Shown: positions 21,412 to 32,197, counted from the first letter of the stretch. The stretch: 64,000 nt of DNA from Thalassospira sp. (GCF_030690045.1 NZ_JAUYHK010000009.1:83718-147717), one strand, 5' to 3'. The notes: generated from the sequence alone by a model not told the origin. Program-made: numbers and translations.

Positions 21412-22221
21412 GTGATGAACAGCGCAGAACTGATTGCCGAATCGGGCCGCATTGTCGATGTGGCGGGCAAAGACGCCCCCCTGACAGTGCGCGGGCTGAC
21501 CGTGTCCTATGGCCACAAACCGGCGGTATTTTCGGTCGATGCCAGCATCCCGGCGGGCAGCATGACGGCGATTATCGGCCCCAATGGCGCTGGTAAATCA
21601 ACCTTTTTAAAAGGGGTTCTGGGTGTGGTACCGCGCCTGTCGGGGGAAGTCCGGATTTTTGGCCACCCCTTTGCCCAATCGCGCAAACGGGTGGCCTATG
21701 TCCCGCAACGCGCCAGTGTGGACTGGGATTTTCCGGCACGGGTGATTGATGTCGTCCTGATGGGGCTTTATGTCGATATCGGCCTGTTTCGCCTGTGGGG
21801 CACCCGCCACCGGCAACAGGCCATGGCGTGTCTGGACCGGGTCGGCATGGCCGATTTCGCCGACCGCCAGATTGGCCAATTATCCGGCGGGCAACAACAA
21901 CGGGTGTTTCTGGCCCGCGCCCTGGCGCAAAATGCCGATTTTTATTTGCTCGATGAACCCTTTGCCGGGGTCGATGCCGCCACCGAACGCGCCATTGTCG
22001 ATGTGTTGAAATCCTTGCGGGACGAAGGCCGCACCGTGGTCTGCGTCCATCATGATCTGTCAACCGTCACCGATTATTTTGACCGGGTGTTGCTGATCAA
22101 TGTCCGCCGCATCGCCGAAGGCCCGACCCTGACCACCTTTACGCCGGAAAACCTTCAGGAAACCTATGGCGGGCGACTGGCGGCCACCCATATCGACGAA
22201 TTGCGTCTGAGCGCCGGGTAG
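21412..22221 (+). CDS. Metal ABC transporter ATP-binding protein (SitB/MntB-like)
   Basis: [35 protein letters not shown]. Confidence 0.9.
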   Translation: MMNSAELIAESGRIVDVAGKDAPLTVRGLTVSYGHKPAVFSVDASIPAGSMTAIIGPNGAGKSTFLKGVLGVVPRLSGEVRIFGHPFAQSRKRVAYVPQRASVDWDFPARVIDVVLMGLYVDIGLFRLWGTRHRQQAMACLDRVGMADFADRQIGQLSGGQQQRVFLARALAQNADFYLLDEPFAGVDAATERAIVDVLKSLRDEGRTVVCVHHDLSTVTDYFDRVLLINVRRIAEGPTLTTFTPENLQETYGGRLAATHIDELRLSAG

Positions 22222-22224
22222 ATC

Positions 22225-23442
22225 ATGACTTTCATCGAATATTTCATCACCGCCCTGACCCTGCAAGCGGGCTATAACAGCGCGCTGGTAGCAATTGGGG
22301 CCGGATTGCTGGGGCTGGCGGCGGGGGGGGCCGGGGCCTTTATTTTCCTGCGCAAACGTGCCCTGGTATCCGATGCGATCAGCCATGCCACCCTGCCCGG
22401 TGTCGGCCTGGCCTTTATCGTGATGGTCGCCTTTGGCGGCGACGGGCGCTGGTTGCCCGGCCTGATCATCGGATCAGCGATTTCATCGGCGATCGGCCTG
22501 TTATGTGTCGAATGGATCACACGGCAAACCCGCCTGTCCGAAGACGCCGCCATTGGCGCGGTATTATCGGTCTTTTTCGGTTTGGGTATTGTGCTTCTGA
22601 CCATCATTCAAACCATGTCGTCGGGCCGTCAGGCCGGGCTGGAGGGCTTCCTTCTGGGGGCCACCGCCGGGATGCTGATCAGCGAGGCCGCCACCATTGC
22701 CGTTGCCGGGGCAATTGCCGCCCTGTGTGTTTTTGCCCTGCGCCGCCCGATGACACTGGTGGCGTTTGATGCTGAATATGCCGCAACCACCGGGATCAAT
22801 GTCCGTCTGACCGATCTGGCGATGATGGGTCTTGCCCTGATTGTCACCGTGATCGGGCTGAAAATTGTCGGGCTGGTCCTGATTGTCGCATTGCTGATCA
22901 TCCCGCCCGTCTGTGCGCGTTTCTGGACCAATCAGGTCGGCCCGATGATTGGCATTTCCGCCGTGATTGGCGGGGTATCGGGTTATATCGGGGCGGCGTT
23001 ATCTTCGGCGGCTTCGTCCTTGCCGACCGGGCCGATCATTGTGCTGGTGGCGTTTGGCTTTTTTGTGCTGTCCCTGTTGTTTTCACCGCTGCGCGGGGCC
23101 TTGGCCTCGGCCTTGCGGCACTGGCGGTTTCAGCGCCGGGTCCATCGCCGTCAGGGATTGCTGGCACTGGCCCGCAATGAACCGATTTATGACGGGCTGA
23201 CCTTGCGGATTTTGCGGCAATCCGGTCTGATTCGCCGCGATAATGTTGCCACCCTGCGCGGCCGGGCGGCGGCGGAAAAATCCCTGCGCGACGAGGCCCG
23301 CTGGGGGGCGGTGCGCCGCCTGTTTCCCGATGATTCGGTATTGGACCGTTATGACGGACTGACCCCGATTGAAGATGTCATGACACGCGACCAGATCGCC
23401 GATATCGACCGGTCGCTGTGCGAACGCGAAGGGATGGCATGA
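22225..23442 (+). CDS. Metal ABC transporter permease (ABC-3 family) with a ~110-aa C-terminal cytoplasmic extension
   Basis: ABC-3-type TM core up to ...LLFSPLRGALASAL, then a soluble Arg-rich tail (RHWRFQRRVHRRQGLLALARNEPIYDGLTLRILRQSGLIRRD...). Confidence 0.9.
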   Translation: MTFIEYFITALTLQAGYNSALVAIGAGLLGLAAGGAGAFIFLRKRALVSDAISHATLPGVGLAFIVMVAFGGDGRWLPGLIIGSAISSAIGLLCVEWITRQTRLSEDAAIGAVLSVFFGLGIVLLTIIQTMSSGRQAGLEGFLLGATAGMLISEAATIAVAGAIAALCVFALRRPMTLVAFDAEYAATTGINVRLTDLAMMGLALIVTVIGLKIVGLVLIVALLIIPPVCARFWTNQVGPMIGISAVIGGVSGYIGAALSSAASSLPTGPIIVLVAFGFFVLSLLFSPLRGALASALRHWRFQRRVHRRQGLLALARNEPIYDGLTLRILRQSGLIRRDNVATLRGRAAAEKSLRDEARWGAVRRLFPDDSVLDRYDGLTPIEDVMTRDQIADIDRSLCEREGMA

Positions 23443-24371
23443 TGGGTGCCGAATTTGTCCAGCTCAGCCTGCCGCCGATTGTCATTGGCATTCTCGCCGC
23501 CATTGCCTGTGCCCTGCCCGGCAATTTCCTGTTGCTGCGCCGTCAGGCCCTCATTGGCGATGCCATCAGCCATGTGGTGTTGCCCGGTATTGTTGCCGCC
23601 TTTCTGGTCACCGGCACGATTGCCGCCTGGCCGATGATGATCGGGGCGGCGGTCGCGGCGATTGTGGCGGTGGTTCTGATTGAAATCGTCAAACGTTTGG
23701 GCCGGGTTGAACCGGGGGCGGCGATGGGTCTGGTTTTCACAACCCTGTTTGCCGCCGGGGTGCTGTTTCTGGAACGCAGCGACACCAGTTCGGTGCATAT
23801 TGATGTCGAACATGCCTTGCTGGGCAATCTTGAAAGCCTGATCTGGTTTGATGCCGAAGGCTGGCATTCCCTGCTGGACCCGGTTGCCCTTGCAACTCTG
23901 CCGCCGCAATTGTCACGTCTGGCAATTACCCTTGCCGCGATGATTGTGTTCCTGACCCTGTTCTGGAAAGAACTGAAAATCTCGACCTTTGATGCCGCCT
24001 TTGCCGGGGCGATTGGCATTCATACCCGATTGCTGGGATTTGCACTGGTGGTCGCAACGGCGATTGCCGCCGTCGCGGCCTTTGATGCGGTGGGGTCGAT
24101 CATTGTGATTGCGATGTTTGTCTGTCCGCCTGCTGCCGCACGGCTGATGACCAACCGCCTTGATCATCAGGTCGGCTGGAGCGTGATTTTCGCCACAATC
24201 TCGGCCATACTGGGATATGTGCTCGCCGGATATGGCCCCGGCTGGTTCGGGTCGCCCTATGCGGTCAGTGCGGCGGGCATGATTGCAACCATTGCCGGTA
24301 TCATTCTGGGCCTTGCCTGCCTGTTTGGTCCGCAACGCAAACGCACCAGTCAAAGTGCTGCCGGGGCATAA
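23439..24371 (+). CDS. Metal ABC transporter permease (ABC-3 family, SitD-like)
   Basis: ATGA overlap with the preceding stop. Polytopic ABC-3-type sequence. Confidence 0.9.
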   Translation: MMGAEFVQLSLPPIVIGILAAIACALPGNFLLLRRQALIGDAISHVVLPGIVAAFLVTGTIAAWPMMIGAAVAAIVAVVLIEIVKRLGRVEPGAAMGLVFTTLFAAGVLFLERSDTSSVHIDVEHALLGNLESLIWFDAEGWHSLLDPVALATLPPQLSRLAITLAAMIVFLTLFWKELKISTFDAAFAGAIGIHTRLLGFALVVATAIAAVAAFDAVGSIIVIAMFVCPPAAARLMTNRLDHQVGWSVIFATISAILGYVLAGYGPGWFGSPYAVSAAGMIATIAGIILGLACLFGPQRKRTSQSAAGA

Positions 24372-24400
24372 CCCCGGAATCACCGACAACAGGATGACCG

Positions 24401-25321
24401 ATGACCGTAAACATGCTGCGCAACGCCCTGATCGCCGCCACAATGATCGCCACTGTCGGCACGGTTTTTGTTTCCGCCCAGGCGCAGCAATTTCGCACCC
24501 TTCAGGATGTCGAAGACCATCTGCGGGCGTTTGAAGATGTCCGCGTCCACGGCTTTGCCAGCCGCGATCAGTTTCTGGCGATTATTGACAAGACTCTGGG
24601 TCTGGACCGCATCACCGATGCGCCCAGCCTGTTTGCCCGTCTGCCCCGGTCCCCCTTTGCCGTGACCGGGCGCACCGGCGGCAATGATGCCATCCCCTGC
24701 CAGATTTTCATCCCCGATGCCCTAAGCCCGGAACGCGGAACCGACATATTTTCCGCCCTGATGCAGGGCTGGCTGGGGGAACGATTGCATTATGCCAGTT
24801 CACCCGATATCGCCTATGGCTGGCTGATGCGTCACGAGGTGCGCCATTGCACGCCGGATCATATCAACGAAGACCCCGCCACCGAACGGGCCCATGAAAT
24901 TGATGCCGATCTGTTTGCCCTCAATGCCCTGCCCGATACGGCCCGGCGCGAAGATCTGATTGCCGATATTCTGGCCTTTCGCATGATCACCGCCACCCTG
25001 TTCGCCAGCCCCTCCCATATGACCGGGCTGGCCCTCAAACATACGCTTGCGCCCGATGGCGACGCACCCCTGCCCGATGCCGCCGATGAAATCATGGCCT
25101 TTGGGACCGCCCGGCAACTGGTATTTGATCACAGCCGCACCATCACCACCGCCCCCCGCCCGTCCAATCACGACGTCATCCGCGCCATGAATGATCTGGC
25201 TGATCCCGGCCATCCGGATCATCAGGCGGCATCGCCTTTGGTGCGGGAAATTCTGGTTGATCTTGACCATGCGGTGGCGCATTTCGCCCCGGATTTGCAT
25301 CAAAGCAGCACGGCACCCTGA
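24401..25321 (+). CDS. Secreted hypothetical protein with an HExxH motif
   Basis: Signal peptide MTVNMLRNALIAATMIATVGTVFVSAQA. HEVRH is encoded at 24833-24847. Starts 29 nt after the last permease gene on the same strand. Confidence 0.6.
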   Translation: MTVNMLRNALIAATMIATVGTVFVSAQAQQFRTLQDVEDHLRAFEDVRVHGFASRDQFLAIIDKTLGLDRITDAPSLFARLPRSPFAVTGRTGGNDAIPCQIFIPDALSPERGTDIFSALMQGWLGERLHYASSPDIAYGWLMRHEVRHCTPDHINEDPATERAHEIDADLFALNALPDTARREDLIADILAFRMITATLFASPSHMTGLALKHTLAPDGDAPLPDAADEIMAFGTARQLVFDHSRTITTAPRPSNHDVIRAMNDLADPGHPDHQAASPLVREILVDLDHAVAHFAPDLHQSSTAP

Positions 25322-25332
25322 CCCTGTCCGGA

Positions 25333-26406
25333 TTACGCGGCATCCCGTCCGGTATGCCGCCAAAAGGTCGAGGCCAGACACTGATCGCGGTCCAACCCGA
25401 TATCCTCTCGCCACAGGCCGCGCAGGGCGCGAAAGGTCGCCTGTTCCACCCCGGCCCAGCAAAAAACCCGGTGCCGGTCCAGCGGCAGGGTAATATCGCG
25501 TACCGCTTCAAACAGGACATCGCTGTCGCCTGCGGCCTGACTGCGCTGTACCCAGTTGATATCAATCGCCGATTTTGTCGCCAGTTCAATCATATCGTCC
25601 GGCCCGTCCACCGCAATCACTGCCATGCCACGCGCCGTTTCCGGCAATTCTTCCAAAAACCGGCCAATCGCCGGAAGGGCGGTTTCGTCCCCGGCCAACA
25701 AATACCATTCGGCATCGGGCAAAGCCGTGCCCAGCGGCCCGGTCATCCCCACCGGATCGCCCGGTGCGGCCCGCATGGCAAAGATCGATCCCGGTCCGTT
25801 ATCGCCATGCAGGACAAAATCCACATCCAGCCAGCCCGCCTGCGCATCCATGCGGCGAATGGTATAGACGCGCGGAATGGCGGCATCCGGCCCGTCCGGC
25901 CAGACAGGCGCCCCGTTTTCCGCCAGATAGGGCCAGCGCGGTGCGGTACTGCCAGGTGGTAGCAACAATAACCGCACATGGATCGCCCCGCCGTCATAAC
26001 AGCCAATATCGACACCGGTAAACCGGATGCGCCGCATCGATGCCGATAAATCGGTGATGCTGCTGACCCGCAATTCGCGAAAATTGGGTAATTTCCCGCC
26101 CGTCGTCCCATCACCGCGCCATGTCACCGCCAGATCGGCAGTCGGCACCAATTCCCCCAGAATGGCAATCAGCCCGGCCTTCATATAGGCCAGATCGGTA
26201 TCGGTGCGCGACGATACCGTCACCGACAACATCCCGTTTTCTGCGCGCAATTCCCCCTGCCCGGCTGACAGACGGATGACCGCCACATCATCGTGCCGGA
26301 TCACCTCGCAATCATACAGGGCATAATAATCACACAGGGCGACAATCGCCGCCCCGACATCGGGAACGGTGATTTGCGTGCGGGCGATCAATAAGGATTT
26401 TGTCAT
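25333..26406 (-). CDS. Siderophore-interacting FAD-binding reductase (SIP/ViuB family) fused to an N-terminal DUF2218-like domain
   Basis: C-terminal two-thirds: RIRFTG...HVRLLL...RVYTIRR...GPGSIFA...LLAGDETALPAIGRFLE. The N-terminal ~105 aa form a separate small domain. The ORF extends to 26442; ATG 26406 is preferred. Confidence 0.8.
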   Translation of the reverse strand: MTKSLLIARTQITVPDVGAAIVALCDYYALYDCEVIRHDDVAVIRLSAGQGELRAENGMLSVTVSSRTDTDLAYMKAGLIAILGELVPTADLAVTWRGDGTTGGKLPNFRELRVSSITDLSASMRRIRFTGVDIGCYDGGAIHVRLLLLPPGSTAPRWPYLAENGAPVWPDGPDAAIPRVYTIRRMDAQAGWLDVDFVLHGDNGPGSIFAMRAAPGDPVGMTGPLGTALPDAEWYLLAGDETALPAIGRFLEELPETARGMAVIAVDGPDDMIELATKSAIDINWVQRSQAAGDSDVLFEAVRDITLPLDRHRVFCWAGVEQATFRALRGLWREDIGLDRDQCLASTFWRHTGRDAA

Positions 26407-26445
26407 GAATGAACCTGAAATTTCCTGTCGGGACAGCATCACCGG

Positions 26446-26480
26446 TGATAGTACAATTAAAACTCATTCTCAATTAAATT
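26446..26480. promoter_or_regulatory. AT-rich block with weak Fur-box resemblance upstream of the SIP gene
   Basis: GATAGTACAATTAAAACTCATTCTCAATTAAATT. The best 19-mer matches GATAATGATAATCATTATC at only 11/19. Confidence 0.25.
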
Positions 26481-26583
26481 CTCCCATCGCATCGCCTGCC
26501 ACCAATTCCCTGTCGGCAGACCTCCTGCTTTTCTGCTATAGGCCAGTCATGACAATTGCTAACCAGACAGGATCGACCCGACC

Positions 26584-27435
26584 ATGAAAGACAGGATCAA
26601 ACATCTTGGCATGACCGATTTCCGCACCGCCCTTGACTGGGCGGCGGATGAGGGATGGAATCCCGGCCTGCATGATGCCGATGCCTTTTTCAATGCCGAT
26701 CCCGAAGGATTTTGGGGCGTGTTTGACCGGCAAGGTCTGGCGGCGGTGATTTCGGCGGTGCGTTATGGGTCGCAATTTGGCTTTGTCGGATTTTACATCT
26801 GCCGCCCGGACCGGCGCGGTCAGGGGATTGGCTACCGTTTATGGCAGGCCGCCCTTGCCGCCAATGATGCGGCCACCATCGGCCTTGATGGCGTGATTGA
26901 TCAGCAGGACAATTACCGCAAATCGGGCTTTGAATTTGCCCACCGCAATCTGCGTTTTGGCGGGGTGGTCATTGCCAATGCCCCCAAAAACCATGACCTG
27001 TTTACACTTGATATCGCCGATATCGGCGTGATTGATGCGTTTGAACAAACCAATCGCCTGTTTCCCGAAGGCCGCCTGCCCTTTCTCAAAGGCTGGCTGT
27101 CCGCCCCTGATCATGTTGCGATTGGTCTGCACGGGCCGATGGGGGTGCGCGGTTATGGCGTTCTGCGCCCCTGTCGCACCGGTCACAAAATCGGGCCGCT
27201 TTTTGCTGCCTATATCGACGATGCCCGCCTGGTGTTTCATGCCCTGCTGGCCAGCCGGGCGGATCAGGATGGCCCGGTATGGCTTGATATCCCCGAACCC
27301 AACCATCATGCCCGGATGCTGGTCGAAGATCATGGCATGGTGGCAGAATTTGAAACGGCCCGCATGTATCGCGGCCCGGCCCCAAAGCTGGACCTTGACA
27401 TGATTTACGGCATCAGCAGTTTCGAGCTGGGATAA
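26584..27435 (+). CDS. GNAT-family N-acetyltransferase (two-domain, YitH-like)
   Basis: FGFVGFYICRPDRRGQGIGYRLWQAAL is the acetyl-CoA binding motif. Confidence 0.8.
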   Translation: MKDRIKHLGMTDFRTALDWAADEGWNPGLHDADAFFNADPEGFWGVFDRQGLAAVISAVRYGSQFGFVGFYICRPDRRGQGIGYRLWQAALAANDAATIGLDGVIDQQDNYRKSGFEFAHRNLRFGGVVIANAPKNHDLFTLDIADIGVIDAFEQTNRLFPEGRLPFLKGWLSAPDHVAIGLHGPMGVRGYGVLRPCRTGHKIGPLFAAYIDDARLVFHALLASRADQDGPVWLDIPEPNHHARMLVEDHGMVAEFETARMYRGPAPKLDLDMIYGISSFELG

Positions 27436-27438
27436 AAA

Positions 27439-29307
27439 TCAGCGCCGCCCAAACATTTTTTCAATGTCGTGCAGTTTCAGTTCGACATAGGTCGGGCGGC
27501 CATGATTGCACTGGCCGGAATGCGGGGTGGCTTCCATCTGGCGCAACAATGCGTTCATTTCATCGGCATTCAAGACCCGCCCGGACCGCACCGATCCGTG
27601 GCAGGCCATGGTCGCACAGACATGCATCAAACGGTCGCGCAACGCCATACCGTGGCCCAGCTCCGCCAGTTCATCGGCCAGATCCCGCACCAGCCCGGCA
27701 ACATCGGCCTTGCCCAGCAAGGCGGGGACTTCGCGCACCACAATCGCACCGGGACCAAAAGGTTCCAGAACCAGCCCCAGTTCGGCAAATTCGTCGGCCC
27801 GTTCGGCAATCCGTTCGGCCGAGGCTTCGTCAAGTTCGACCACTTCGGGCAATAACAATCCCTGCCGCTTAACGCCACTTTCGGCCAGATCGGCCTTCAT
27901 CCGTTCATAGACAATGCGTTCATGCGCCGCATGTTGATCAACAATCACCAGACCGTCGCGGGTTTGCGCAATGATGTAATTGGCATGAACCTGCCCCCGT
28001 GCCGCGCCCAGGGGATGATCAACATAACGCGCATCGGTGGCATCGACCCGTGCCGATGGCGGGGCGGCGGCAAATCCAGCGTTCCCGGAATTTGCGGCCT
28101 CATTCTGCCCGGTAAAGTCGCGCCCGCGGTCAAACAGGCCACTGCCCAAACCCGGCGATTGCGCGGCAAAATGCTGATGGACCGCCGCTTGCGATGGATG
28201 GGAACCCCCATAATGGCGATTGCCATACGGCAGGGTTACACCGCCCTGTCCTTCGCGGCGCATCGCGCCCAGCGCCATATCGGCCACCGTGGTTGCCGCC
28301 CGGTGCCCCGCCCCGGCCAACGCATGTTTCAGCGCCCCGACAATCAGGCCGCGCACCAGACCGGGGTCGCGAAACCGTACTTCGGTTTTGCCGGGATGGA
28401 CATTAACATCGACCTCGCGCGGATCAAGCTCGAAAAACAGCGCCAACAACGGATGACGGTCCCGTGCCAGAAAATCCTGATAGGCCCCGCGCACAGCCCC
28501 CTGCAACAAACGGTCCCGCACCGGGCGGCCATTGACAAACAGAAATTGCATTTGCGCATTGCCACGATTAAGGGTCGGCACCCCGGCATAGCCGGTCAGG
28601 CGAATGCCTTCGCGTTCCGCTTCGATCCTGATGGCATTATCCTGAAAGTCGCGGCCCATCACCGCCCCCAGACGTTTCAGCCGGGCATCGAACAAATCCC
28701 CGGCGCAGGCCGGATAATTGACAATCGATTTGTTGTTATCGCCCGACAGGCTAAAGGCGACATCAGGCCGCGCCATCGCCAGCCGGTCGATGATTTCGCG
28801 GGCATACATCTGTTCGGTCCGCGCCGTTTTCAAAAATTTCAACCGCGCCGGGGTGGCATAAAACAGGTCGCGCACCTCAACCCGCGTGCCCGCCGGATGG
28901 GCGGCGGGTTCAGGTTCGCCCTTGGCCCCACCCTCAACCAGCAACGACCACGCACTGTCCGCCCCCTTGGGGCGGCTGGTCAGGCGCAGGCGCGATACCG
29001 ACCCAATGGAAGGCAAGGCTTCGCCGCGAAATCCCATAAAGGCAATATTGAACAGATCATCATCCGGCAGTTTCGACGTCGCATGACGTTCCACCGCAAG
29101 GCTGAGTTCCTCAGGCGTCATGCCGCGCCCGTCATCGGTCACGGTCAATAATGTCCGCCCGCCATCGCGCAGATTGACATCCACCCGCCCCGCCCCGGCA
29201 TCCAGCGCATTTTCCACCAGCTCTTTCAACGCCGCCGCCGGGCGCTCCACCACCTCACCGGCGGCAATCTGGTTGATCAGGGTCTGGGGCAGAATGCGCA
29301 GGGTCAT
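27439..29307 (-). CDS. mutL: DNA mismatch repair protein MutL
   Basis: [30 protein letters not shown]...TVTDDGRGM, plus a C-terminal dimerisation domain with CNHGRPT. Confidence 0.95.
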   Translation of the reverse strand: MTLRILPQTLINQIAAGEVVERPAAALKELVENALDAGAGRVDVNLRDGGRTLLTVTDDGRGMTPEELSLAVERHATSKLPDDDLFNIAFMGFRGEALPSIGSVSRLRLTSRPKGADSAWSLLVEGGAKGEPEPAAHPAGTRVEVRDLFYATPARLKFLKTARTEQMYAREIIDRLAMARPDVAFSLSGDNNKSIVNYPACAGDLFDARLKRLGAVMGRDFQDNAIRIEAEREGIRLTGYAGVPTLNRGNAQMQFLFVNGRPVRDRLLQGAVRGAYQDFLARDRHPLLALFFELDPREVDVNVHPGKTEVRFRDPGLVRGLIVGALKHALAGAGHRAATTVADMALGAMRREGQGGVTLPYGNRHYGGSHPSQAAVHQHFAAQSPGLGSGLFDRGRDFTGQNEAANSGNAGFAAAPPSARVDATDARYVDHPLGAARGQVHANYIIAQTRDGLVIVDQHAAHERIVYERMKADLAESGVKRQGLLLPEVVELDEASAERIAERADEFAELGLVLEPFGPGAIVVREVPALLGKADVAGLVRDLADELAELGHGMALRDRLMHVCATMACHGSVRSGRVLNADEMNALLRQMEATPHSGQCNHGRPTYVELKLHDIEKMFGRR

Positions 29308-29426
29308 GAAAGGCGATGCTCGTGATCTGAAAAAGACAAAGGGACCCTATCAAAGCCAAAGGCGCAGCGAAATCCCTTTCGCCGCGCCCTCGATATTTAG
29401 TCCGTTTTTTTCGATCCGGTTCCGGC

Positions 29427-30788
29427 CTAAAACGCCAGTTCCCCCTCCGGCTGACCGACCACAATCACCGTCATATTGTCCGGGTCCAGCAAGTCTTTGG
29501 CAACCCGGTTGACGTCATCGAGCGTCACCGCATCAATATAGCCATTGCGCCGGTCGATGAAATCAATACCCAGATCATCGGCCTGCATACCAACCAGCAT
29601 GCCCGAAATATTGCCAAGGCTGGTAAAGCGCAGCGGGAATGCCCCGGTCAGATAGGATTTGGCGTTATCAAGTTCGGTTTGCGTCACCCCGTCATCGCGC
29701 ATTTTCTGCCATTCCGCCCGGATCAGCGACAGGCTTTGCCCGATCGCATCATTGCGCGTCGCCACCCCGCCCAGCATCATTTCCGCCTGTTCCAGATCAA
29801 CCAGATAACTATAAACCCCATAGGCCAGCCCGCGTTTTTCGCGGACTTCCTCGGTCAGGCGCGATGAAAAACCGCCACCGCCCAAAATGTAATTCATCAC
29901 ATAGGCGGCATAAAAATCCGGGTCCTTGCGAGGAATGCCTTTCTGGCCCCAGATTGCCTGGCTTTGCGGGTTGGCCTGATCAATCACCTCAATCCCGCCA
30001 AAATCCGGGGCAATCGCCGGGGCAGTCGCAATATCGGCCTGATCGGGCAGGCTGCCAAAGGCTTCATCCAGAAGCGGCCCCAGTTCATCGGCCGTAATAT
30101 CCCCGGCAACACCAATCACCAGATTGCCCCGCGCCAAAGATTTGCGGACAAATTCCCGAAGATCGGCCTGATGGATCGCCGCAACAGACTCAAACGTGCC
30201 CGATACCGGACGCGCATAAGGATGGTCGCCAAAGATTTTGGCAAAAAAGCCCCGCTGCGCAATCGACCCCGGATCGGTTTCCGCCCGGCGCAAACCGCCG
30301 ATCACCTGGGCGCGGATGCGTTCAATCGCTTCTTCGTCAAATCGCGGTTCCGAAAGAGCGAGGCGCAGCAAATCAATTGCCGTATCGCGTTCGCGGGTCA
30401 GGCTCACCAGCGACCCGCCAAAATGATCCTGCCCGGCATCAAAAGACAGGCTGATCGACCGGTTTTCCATTTCGGTGCGGAAGGTCTGGCTGTCCATCTC
30501 CCCCGCCCCTTCATCCAGCAGGCCCGACACCATATTGGCCAACCCGGCGCGCCCGGCCGGATCGGTCACCGCACCCGCCCCGCGAAAGCTGAAATCAATC
30601 GTCAGCAACGGATTTAAATGATCTTCGACCAGCCACGCGGTAATGCCGCCCTTGCTGGTGACTTCCTGTACCTCGACCGCGCGGGCCGGGTTGGCAAACC
30701 CCGCCATCAGAACGCACAGCACAACAAAAACGCCAGAAAGATTTCGGGTCATGGAGGTCATGGAAAAAAATACTTTCATCATGATCAA
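29427..30788 (-). CDS. M16-family peptidase subunit lacking the HxxEH motif
   Basis: Signal peptide and a pitrilysin-like fold. Start overlaps the upstream M16 gene stop (ATGA). Confidence 0.85.
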   Translation of the reverse strand: MIMMKVFFSMTSMTRNLSGVFVVLCVLMAGFANPARAVEVQEVTSKGGITAWLVEDHLNPLLTIDFSFRGAGAVTDPAGRAGLANMVSGLLDEGAGEMDSQTFRTEMENRSISLSFDAGQDHFGGSLVSLTRERDTAIDLLRLALSEPRFDEEAIERIRAQVIGGLRRAETDPGSIAQRGFFAKIFGDHPYARPVSGTFESVAAIHQADLREFVRKSLARGNLVIGVAGDITADELGPLLDEAFGSLPDQADIATAPAIAPDFGGIEVIDQANPQSQAIWGQKGIPRKDPDFYAAYVMNYILGGGGFSSRLTEEVREKRGLAYGVYSYLVDLEQAEMMLGGVATRNDAIGQSLSLIRAEWQKMRDDGVTQTELDNAKSYLTGAFPLRFTSLGNISGMLVGMQADDLGIDFIDRRNGYIDAVTLDDVNRVAKDLLDPDNMTVIVVGQPEGELAF

Positions 30789-32197
30789 TGCAGTTCCGTT
30801 TCGCCGGTGACAGGGGCGGTTGGCAGGGCCGGACCATCGGCACCCGCCGGGCGTTCCAGCCAGCCGGTCACCGATTGCCGGTCAATCAGCACGGCTTTCG
30901 CTGCTTCATTGACCTGATCGAGCGTCACGGCGTTAATCCGGTCGGGCCAGCTTTCGACATGATCCACACTTAATCCCACCGCCAATGCCTCGCCCAGAAC
31001 ACGGGCGGCCGCCGACAGGGAATCCCGTGCAAATACCGCACTATCAAGCAATTTCAGGCGGGCGCGATCCAGTTCGTCTTCGCTGATCCCGTCTGTGATC
31101 AGTTTGGCGATTTCGCCATCAAGGGCGGCTTCCAGATCGGCCAGTTCCACCCCGTCACGCGGTACGGCATAAAATCCAAAGGTCGCCATATCAACCGCCA
31201 CCGGGTCATAAAAACTGCCCGCCCCCGTCGCCAGCGCCTGATCGATCACAAGGGCGCGATACAGGCGGCTGGTGGTGCCCGACCCCAGAATTTCGCTCAG
31301 CACTTCAAGGGCGGCGGCCTGTTCCGGATCGCCACTGCGATAGGACGGGGCAAGGTAATAACGCGACATCGACGGTTGCCCGACACGGGTATCTTGCAAG
31401 ACCACCTTGCGCGGCGCATGCTGGGTCGGTTCCAGCACGCGCTGACGGGCGGTAATCTCGCCCGCCGGAATTGCGCCGTAATATTTTTCCGCCAGCGGCT
31501 TTAACTCGTCCATCGTGATGTCGCCCGCCACCACCAGAATGGCATTATTGGGCGCATACCAGCGGCGATAAAATGCCAATGCGTCTTCGGTCGATAATTG
31601 CTGCATCTCATGCAGCCAGCCAATGATCGGGCGGCCATAGGGATGCTGCATAAACAGCGACGACCGCATCTGTTCGCCCAAAAGGGCACCGGGGCTGTTA
31701 TCAATCCGCGACCGGCGTTCTTCGATGATCACATCGCGTTCCGGCAGAACCACATCATCGGACAATTGCAAATTGCGCATCCGGTCGGCTTCCATTTCCA
31801 TCACCATATCCAGGCGATCCCGGGCGATGTTCTGGAAATAGGCGGTGTAATCCCAACTGGTAAAGGCATTGTCATTGCCGCCATTACGCGCCACAATTTT
31901 GGAAAAATCGCCGGGTGCCAGATTTTCGGTGCCCTTGAACATCAGATGTTCCAGAAAATGCGCAATGCCGGAAATGCCGGGCACTTCATCGGCCGCCCCG
32001 ACCCGATACCACACCATATGCGACACCACCGGCGCACGATGATTTTCAATCAGAACCACTTCCATGCCATTGGCCAGGGTCATGGTTTCCGGGTTGAAAA
32101 CAGCCGCACGGGCAAGGCCGGGCGCAAAAAGGATAAACACCATAACCGGCAGCAACGCCTGCCAGTGACGCCGGAACAATCGGGATGGAAATTTCAT
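30785..32197 (-). CDS. M16-family zinc metallopeptidase (pitrilysin-like, active subunit)
   Basis: HFLEHLMFKG carries the inverted zinc motif HxxEH. The ORF extends to 32254; ATG 32197 (MKFPSRLF..., signal peptide) is preferred. Confidence 0.85.
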   Translation of the reverse strand: MKFPSRLFRRHWQALLPVMVFILFAPGLARAAVFNPETMTLANGMEVVLIENHRAPVVSHMVWYRVGAADEVPGISGIAHFLEHLMFKGTENLAPGDFSKIVARNGGNDNAFTSWDYTAYFQNIARDRLDMVMEMEADRMRNLQLSDDVVLPERDVIIEERRSRIDNSPGALLGEQMRSSLFMQHPYGRPIIGWLHEMQQLSTEDALAFYRRWYAPNNAILVVAGDITMDELKPLAEKYYGAIPAGEITARQRVLEPTQHAPRKVVLQDTRVGQPSMSRYYLAPSYRSGDPEQAAALEVLSEILGSGTTSRLYRALVIDQALATGAGSFYDPVAVDMATFGFYAVPRDGVELADLEAALDGEIAKLITDGISEDELDRARLKLLDSAVFARDSLSAAARVLGEALAVGLSVDHVESWPDRINAVTLDQVNEAAKAVLIDRQSVTGWLERPAGADGPALPTAPVTGETELH

